Shown here: piece by piece, positions 59,045 to 64,000 of the stretch
Numbering within the stretch: position 1 is the stretch's first letter
Layout of the letters: each line of letters opens with the position of its first letter
IMG/VR virus record: IMGVR_UViG_3300034062_002027
DNA from: a virus
Strand: one strand, 5' to 3'
DNA: 64,000 bases
The notes under the pieces: model-generated
Databases searched by the model: none
Seen by the model: only the letters and a program-made list of their open reading frames with translations
What the model was told of the DNA's origin: nothing
Translations under genes and position numbers: made by a program

Positions 59045-59275
59045 TCAGCACATCCCGCCGCCAGCCATTTTGATCATCTTGCCCTTGGTGTGGGCCTTGG
59101 TGACGCAACCATCGGCGCGAGTAACACTGCCACCACTGGCGTACTTCTTTGGCTTGCGTGGCTTGGGAGCCGAGCCGCCATCGATGTCTTGAGGAGGAGG
59201 CATGCCGGAGTCTTCTGTGTAAACACCATCTTGCAGACCACGAGGGGGTTTTTTCTTCATCATCATGTCGTTCAT
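59045..59275 (-). CDS. small basic protein with ADG..KGK C-terminal module (76 aa)
   Basis: KKYASGGSVTRADGCVTKAHTKGKMIKMAGGGMC. Confidence 0.5.
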   Translation of the reverse strand: MNDMMMKKKPPRGLQDGVYTEDSGMPPPQDIDGGSAPKPRKPKKYASGGSVTRADGCVTKAHTKGKMIKMAGGGMC

Positions 59276-59284
59276 GTCAGCTCC

Positions 59285-60295
59285 TTAACGCATTTTGCAG
59301 CGTGTCTTACCTTTGATTGCAGCACCGTCTGCGCGTTTTGATGCGCCAGACACAGAACCACCAGACGCCATTTTCTTGATTGGCATGGCTTTTTTCACAG
59401 AGCCACCCTTCTTCAAAGCGAAATCTTTACCGCCAAGGCCTTTTCTTACTGCGCCTGCGGCCGCTTCGTAACCGGGAGAGCTTTCATCAAGCCCGTAACG
59501 TTTGGCGTTTTCTTTGAGCATCTCACTCTTGCGAGCTTCGGCTCTTTCTGCGCGTTTGCGTGCAACTGCGCCAGCTTTGTCGTAAGTCAGGCGCTTTGTT
59601 GGCGCTGGAAGCGCCTCTTGGGAGTACTTTGCCATCTTTGGCGTGGCAAGTTTCTTTGCCAGAGATTGCAAAGCTTTTAAACCAACGCCACCAGCCATAG
59701 CAGATGCGGTTTCTAAACCTTTTTGGGTTTGCTCTGCGGTTGGCTTAATTGAATCAATTTCTTGTTCAATTTGTTGTTTTTTGGTTAGCTTAGCTGGCGG
59801 CTTGTAGTTGGCAAGCTCGTCTGCCGTTGGGCCGCCACTACGTTCGTAGGTTTTGGTGGTTGGCTGCGCCCCCGTCATTGGGTAAGCGGAAGTCTTGGCA
59901 GGAGAAGATTTGGCTGGCGCGGACTTAGTTGGCGCAGAGGGTTTGGCTGCCTGAGTGTTTACACGAGGCTTTTCTACCTTTGGGCCAGCAGGAACCGGAA
60001 TGCGCTCTCGTGCATTTGCCGCTTCCAGCTCATCCATTGCTGCGGCGGCAGGCATTGCTTGCGCAGAAGCCGTTGGACGGGTTACCGGAGTTGCAGCCAT
60101 AGTCTCTACTGGAGTGCGTTCTGCCTTGCCCCGGCCAGCACCAAAACGACGATAGGCCTCAGAGCCCTCGTCATCAATGTTGCCCATGCGAAGGCGTTCA
60201 AAGAAGCCAACCTTGTCCTCTTTCGAGGCTTCCAGCCCACGGTCTTTGTCAGACATGCCGCCCTCTTGAAAGCGTTTGATCTTCTTTGTCGCCAT
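59285..60295 (-). CDS. basic A/K/P-rich head protein (336 aa) with the same C-terminal module
   Basis: KRFQEGGMSD at the N-terminus, and KKMASGGSVSGASKRADGAAIKGKTRCKMR at the C-terminus. Confidence 0.55.
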   Translation of the reverse strand: MATKKIKRFQEGGMSDKDRGLEASKEDKVGFFERLRMGNIDDEGSEAYRRFGAGRGKAERTPVETMAATPVTRPTASAQAMPAAAAMDELEAANARERIPVPAGPKVEKPRVNTQAAKPSAPTKSAPAKSSPAKTSAYPMTGAQPTTKTYERSGGPTADELANYKPPAKLTKKQQIEQEIDSIKPTAEQTQKGLETASAMAGGVGLKALQSLAKKLATPKMAKYSQEALPAPTKRLTYDKAGAVARKRAERAEARKSEMLKENAKRYGLDESSPGYEAAAGAVRKGLGGKDFALKKGGSVKKAMPIKKMASGGSVSGASKRADGAAIKGKTRCKMR

Positions 60296-60304
60296 GATTA
60301 TTCC

Positions 60305-60718
60305 TTAGCAGGTCTTGCCGCCACGGGCCATTTTGATCATAGCGCCCTTGGTTTTACCCTTGGATGCAATGCCGTCTTTGCTTGGGGCTGCGGTACGCAC
60401 TGAACCCATCTTGGTTGTGCCGACAGAGCCGCCAGCCTTCAAGCCTTTGTGAGCCTTAGAAGCTGGCATACCGGCATGCTTAGCCAAAGCGGGTGGCATA
60501 CCTTTTTTAGCCATGTCGGCTTTAGCCATGCCACGACCTTCTTTTTTCATCATCATGTTTTCGGATTTCATATCGCCACCTTTAGAAAATTTGCGGCCCT
60601 TGTCCGCGTTGGAGAAATCTTTGCCCACAGATTGTGGGACGCCTGCCTTCTTAGCAAACGCTGGGTTGTTAGCCACCGCCGCCATGAAATTATGTTGTTT
60701 CTTGCTAACTGAGGGCAC
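60305..60718 (-). CDS. basic protein (137 aa) with the same C-terminal module
   Basis: N-terminal MPSVSKKQHNFMAAVANNPAFAKKAGV. C-terminal KDGIASKGKTKGAMIKMARGGKTC. Confidence 0.55.
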   Translation of the reverse strand: MPSVSKKQHNFMAAVANNPAFAKKAGVPQSVGKDFSNADKGRKFSKGGDMKSENMMMKKEGRGMAKADMAKKGMPPALAKHAGMPASKAHKGLKAGGSVGTTKMGSVRTAAPSKDGIASKGKTKGAMIKMARGGKTC

Positions 60719-60953
60719 TGCGATGCTCCTTCATAAAGTCATCAATCTTGCTCTCAAGACGGTCCAACCGGGCCAGAACACGATTAATATCGCCATGCAC
60801 ATCTGCCTTGGTCACATACTTCTCAGCATTCTCTTCGCGGGTCTTGCTCAACAAGATGCTCAGGCGCTTCACTTCATCGTGAGACACCTTTACCCAAAAT
60901 AGCAACGCCGCTGACGCAAACGACAACAGCACATTCCAAGCCATCAGTTCCAT
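60705..60953 (-). CDS. membrane-anchored coiled-coil protein (82 aa)
   Basis: N-terminal TM helix (AWNVLLSFASAALLFWV), then a helical region. Confidence 0.45.
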   Translation of the reverse strand: MELMAWNVLLSFASAALLFWVKVSHDEVKRLSILLSKTREENAEKYVTKADVHGDINRVLARLDRLESKIDDFMKEHRSALS

Positions 60954-60954
60954 G

Positions 60955-61209
60955 TCAGCACTTCCATCGCGCCAGTGACGCGGCTTTACGAGTGGGCTTG
61001 CCCTTCTCGTCTTTCATTGGGCCCGGCATGCCCGACATGCGTGCGCAGAACGAATCCTTGCGCTTGCCACCCTGCGGTTGCGGGGCCTTCAGGTTGCTGC
61101 CGGTCGCAGCGTTATATTTCTGGCGTCCTTTGGCAGTCAAGCCCGCCCCCTTAGAGGCAGGCAGCTTCTCGCCACGACCGATTGCAAGGGATGGGGTCTT
61201 CTTAGCCAT
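60955..61209 (-). CDS. small basic protein (84 aa)
   Basis: GLTAKGRQKYNAATGSNLKAPQPQGGKRKDSFCARMSGMPGPMKDEKGKPTRKAASLARWKC is a recurrent small phage protein pattern. Confidence 0.5.
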   Translation of the reverse strand: MAKKTPSLAIGRGEKLPASKGAGLTAKGRQKYNAATGSNLKAPQPQGGKRKDSFCARMSGMPGPMKDEKGKPTRKAASLARWKC

Positions 61210-61951
61210 TGACGACTTTCAGTTTGGGTGTGCAGTGCTGCTCGATCAGCGGCATCAGCACAGCTTCTTTAAAGCTGCGGTGGTATTCCTGAGAGCCAAC
61301 GTGCGGCAGGGTAATCTCTGGGTCAACAAACACCGTAAAGCCATCTGCGCGTGCGCGTTTGCAGAACGTGTAGTCCTCGCCAACGTACTGCCCATTGCTC
61401 AACTCAAAGTCGAACATGGCGCTTTCGTCGCGGTTGTACACGTCATTAAAGTAAGTCCACTCGGGGTGACCCGCAACCATCTTCTCCAGCACATGGCGCT
61501 GGATCATCATAAAGCCTGTAGCTACGTTCTCGACCCGCAGCATGCCGTGCGGATCAAACTCGAGTGTGTTGGCCTCGTCGATGTAGATGTCCAAGAAGAA
61601 CTTGCGGTCTTCAGCTCTGCGGGTGTACATCCCGGCTGTAATGTCCTTGCCAGTGCTCAGCGCCAGCAGGCGAAGCACAGACTCTGCGTCCACCACGATG
61701 TCGGCATCGACGAACAACATGTCCGTGCAATCCGACTCCAAGAAGTTGGCGACCAGAATGTTTCTGGCCTTGGTGATCAAAGAGCAGCCCGACAGATGCG
61801 ACAGTTGCACCTGAACACCAAACTGCGAAGCCTTGACCACCAGATCGGCCAAGGCAAACGAAGTCTTGATGTTCAACTTGCCGTCGTAGGCGGGTATCGC
61901 AATCATCAGTTTGCGACCTGCAACATCCATGGGGCGTGTCTCTTCAGCCAT
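61202..61951 (-). CDS. GT-A-type glycosyltransferase (249 aa)
   Basis: MIAIPAYDGK...ARNILVANFLESDCTDMLFVDADIVV (DxD) ...GEDYTFCKRA. The start at 61951 overlaps the upstream stop by 8 nt. Confidence 0.65.
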   Translation of the reverse strand: MAEETRPMDVAGRKLMIAIPAYDGKLNIKTSFALADLVVKASQFGVQVQLSHLSGCSLITKARNILVANFLESDCTDMLFVDADIVVDAESVLRLLALSTGKDITAGMYTRRAEDRKFFLDIYIDEANTLEFDPHGMLRVENVATGFMMIQRHVLEKMVAGHPEWTYFNDVYNRDESAMFDFELSNGQYVGEDYTFCKRARADGFTVFVDPEITLPHVGSQEYHRSFKEAVLMPLIEQHCTPKLKVVNG

Positions 61952-62459
61952 AGTAAATCTGCGCTGCGTCAATGCCGCTCATGTAGGAATAAATTCCATT
62001 TACCGCCAACACACCTTCGCCGGGGATAAGCGGAGCATTTTGAAACTCGTCGGAAGAGTGGGTTTCATAGGTCAACAGCCAACGATTTGCACCACTAACA
62101 TAAATTGCTGCTGGAGTAGCTGTGATGTTTCCAGTGTTGATGTCTGTGAGTGTAAATGTGTCAGCATCTACTCTGGTAATGCTGTAGTTCCCATCGGTGG
62201 CAGCACCGCCAGTGCCAGTGTCAAAGTGAATGCCTACAATGTTTCCGGTAGCAAGACCGTGAGCTGTTTTGGATATTGTTACCGTGGTTCCAGAGCGACC
62301 GTATGTAACGCTTGAAGTTACTGGGGCTGAGGTTGAATCAAACAAAACCAAAGTCCCGCTACCACCAAAAAAAGAAACGCCTTTAACGCGGTTTCTTCCA
62401 AGAACAAAAAACCCACTCTGGTTTAGATGTCCTTGTTTTACGTCAGTTTGCATGCCCAT
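61944..62459 (-). CDS. head-module structural protein (171 aa)
   Basis: ORF between the capsid-proximal genes and the glycosyltransferase, T/G/S-rich and beta-like. Confidence 0.5.
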   Translation of the reverse strand: MGMQTDVKQGHLNQSGFFVLGRNRVKGVSFFGGSGTLVLFDSTSAPVTSSVTYGRSGTTVTISKTAHGLATGNIVGIHFDTGTGGAATDGNYSITRVDADTFTLTDINTGNITATPAAIYVSGANRWLLTYETHSSDEFQNAPLIPGEGVLAVNGIYSYMSGIDAAQIYYG

Positions 62460-62501
62460 ATCAATCTCCTGTAAAGCAGGGGCCGAAGCCCCCTGAGTTG
62501 A

Positions 62502-63035
62502 TTAAGCGTCAGCAAACGGAGTGACAACAGAGCCAGAGGCCAGCAAAACACCAGTGACCATGTACTTGTTAGCCGCCAAGACAGTCACAGTGATGGTGGA
62601 GCCAGCAATACCGCCAGTGGTCGAGCCGTCCAAGTTGATGACATCGTTGGTTGCGCCGGGGGCAAAAGCCGTCACTGCGCCAGAGCTGTCGGTGTCAACC
62701 ATGATAATGGAGCCAACAAACTTGTCAGTGCCGTTGGTCTTGATAGCCACGGCAGTGGCAGCAGTCTCAATGACAAACGTGTAGCTTGTACCCACGTTGT
62801 TAGAGGTGCTTGGGTCTTGGCCGGGACCAGATGTCACAGGATTGGCTGTGGCATTGATGGTAGGTAGTGTGATGACCAGCGTAGCGTCATTGGTACGAAT
62901 GGTCTTGCCAGCGTACGAAGCCACATCCAGAGTCACGGTATTGGTGCCGTTAGCCAGATTGACAATAGAAGCTGGGCCTTGGGTAATAAAGCCAGCCAAT
63001 GAACGGACTGGGCCTTGGAAAGTAGTCAGAGCCAT
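62502..63035 (-). CDS. abundant head protein, possible decoration protein (177 aa)
   Basis: First gene after the capsid-gene terminator. T/A/G/V-rich and Ig-like in composition. A hairpin follows it at ~62476-62496. Confidence 0.5.
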   Translation of the reverse strand: MALTTFQGPVRSLAGFITQGPASIVNLANGTNTVTLDVASYAGKTIRTNDATLVITLPTINATANPVTSGPGQDPSTSNNVGTSYTFVIETAATAVAIKTNGTDKFVGSIIMVDTDSSGAVTAFAPGATNDVINLDGSTTGGIAGSTITVTVLAANKYMVTGVLLASGSVVTPFADA

Positions 63036-63130
63036 GATGATTCCTCACATGCGAGTTGAGGCGTCCTGTCTGCATGTCGTCGGCCCGGAGCCGTCAGGAA
63101 CGCCGGATAGTCCGGGTTTAAACAAATATA

Positions 63131-63162
63131 CAGCAAAAGAAAAGGCCCCACAAGGGGGCCTT
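63131..63162 (-). terminator. rho-independent terminator after the major capsid gene
   Basis: The minus strand reads AAGGCCCC-loop-GGGGCCTT followed by TTCTTTTGCTG, about 20 nt after the capsid stop. Confidence 0.7.
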
Positions 63163-63181
63163 CTCAAATAATCCCGAAGGA

Positions 63182-64000
63182 TTAAGCGCCGGGGGAACCG
63201 AACACGCCCAGTGGGTCAGAGACGCCGAAGCTATAACGCTCACGGGCCTTGTAACGCACGTTGCCTGTGTCGAAATCGCCGTCCATGCTGTTAGCCAGCG
63301 GGGAACGAACGAAGTGCTTCAGGCCGTTGGGCACATCAGTCAACAGGAACCAAGCGTTGGTGTCAGTCAAGAAGTTGTTGACTGTGTAACCACCGGGGAT
63401 GGAGCCGTTGTTCTTGATGGCGTTGATGTCGTTGTCAGCAGTGCCGACGCGGAGTTCAGTTTCCAACAAGCGGGTTGCAACGAATTGCAGCGATGGAGGA
63501 ACCACCAGCTTCTTAGGCTTAGCTGCAATCAGCAGGCCGCGTTCGTCTGTCCAAGCTGCGATTTGAATGACGGCGTTTTCCAACGAAGTCTCGTTCAAGT
63601 CGGCTGCTGTAGAAGGACGGTTGCTGTTGACGCCACCAGACACCAGAGGGTGCGCAGTCGAGAACAAGGTCACGCCGTCACCGTAGGTGGGGCCGGTGAA
63701 ACCGGTGTTCAGGATGGCAGCGGCTTTGACCTGCTTGGTGTAAGACATACCACGGGCCAGAGCTTTGGTGTATCGGCTGGACAAGCTGTCATACAGGTTG
63801 TCTTCGATGGCCTCTTCAGTGATGGAGAAGCCCAAAGCGATGGTTTCGTGGGTGTAGCGAGCTGTAAAAGCTTCCTGAGCATTGTCATAAGCGATGGCTG
63901 CGCCTTCGTTCTTGACAGGAGCTGCGGAGAAGCCGGACAACTTAACTTCCTCTTCAAAGCTACGCTCTGAAGTCTCGGTCTCGTAGATTTCCTTGTGCTG
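63182..64000 (-). CDS. major capsid protein (HK97-fold-like), C-terminal part; 5' end lies beyond the right edge
   Basis: The reading frame is open from 63182 to 64000; the track 'M' at 63940 is a TTG. Its composition, its own terminator and its position upstream of the decoration-like gene fit a major capsid protein. Confidence 0.65.
   Translation of the reverse strand, partial: QHKEIYETETSERSFEEEVKLSGFSAAPVKNEGAAIAYDNAQEAFTARYTHETIALGFSITEEAIEDNLYDSLSSRYTKALARGMSYTKQVKAAAILNTGFTGPTYGDGVTLFSTAHPLVSGGVNSNRPSTAADLNETSLENAVIQIAAWTDERGLLIAAKPKKLVVPPSLQFVATRLLETELRVGTADNDINAIKNNGSIPGGYTVNNFLTDTNAWFLLTDVPNGLKHFVRSPLANSMDGDFDTGNVRYKARERYSFGVSDPLGVFGSPGA

Overview
The window is a gene-dense, GC-rich segment of a tailed dsDNA phage, probably podovirus-like, or of a very recently integrated prophage. 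I saw no clearly cellular genes. All family calls come from reading motifs in the supplied translations by eye, because no searches could be run.

Genes form five alternating strand blocks:
- (A) 1-7446, minus strand: terS, a LexA-DBD-like wHTH, terL, portal, a GroES-like protein, scaffold and further head genes.
- (B) 8227-15237, plus strand: small early genes, then an operon of SprT-like protease, MoxR/CobS-like AAA+, CobT-like VWA and 2OG-Fe(II) oxygenase.
- (C) 15290-19499, minus strand: gp4-like primase-helicase, small proteins, an atypical tRNA(CAU) and RusA.
- (D) 19520-26824, plus strand: Cas4-like nuclease, Sak/Rad52-like annealase, SSB-like protein and many small DNA-binding or zinc proteins.
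- (E) 26805-64000, minus strand: partial major capsid gene, basic head proteins, two glycosyltransferases (one fused to a methyltransferase), connector and tail genes, three tandem seven-repeat fibre paralogues, a lysis cassette interrupted by homing endonucleases, and four very large ejection or internal proteins of 2303, 573, 659 and 1557 aa.

I recognised no DNA polymerase, RNA polymerase, integrase or reverse transcriptase.

The most unusual signals are:
- An extreme excess of the palindrome GTTTAAAC, with 24 copies, mostly inside genes and against codon bias.
- A cluster of consensus DnaA boxes in the divergent control region.
- A candidate virion-glycosylation system next to a roughly 300-residue Thr-Pro (mucin-like) domain.
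- The early protease/AAA+/VWA/hydroxylase operon.
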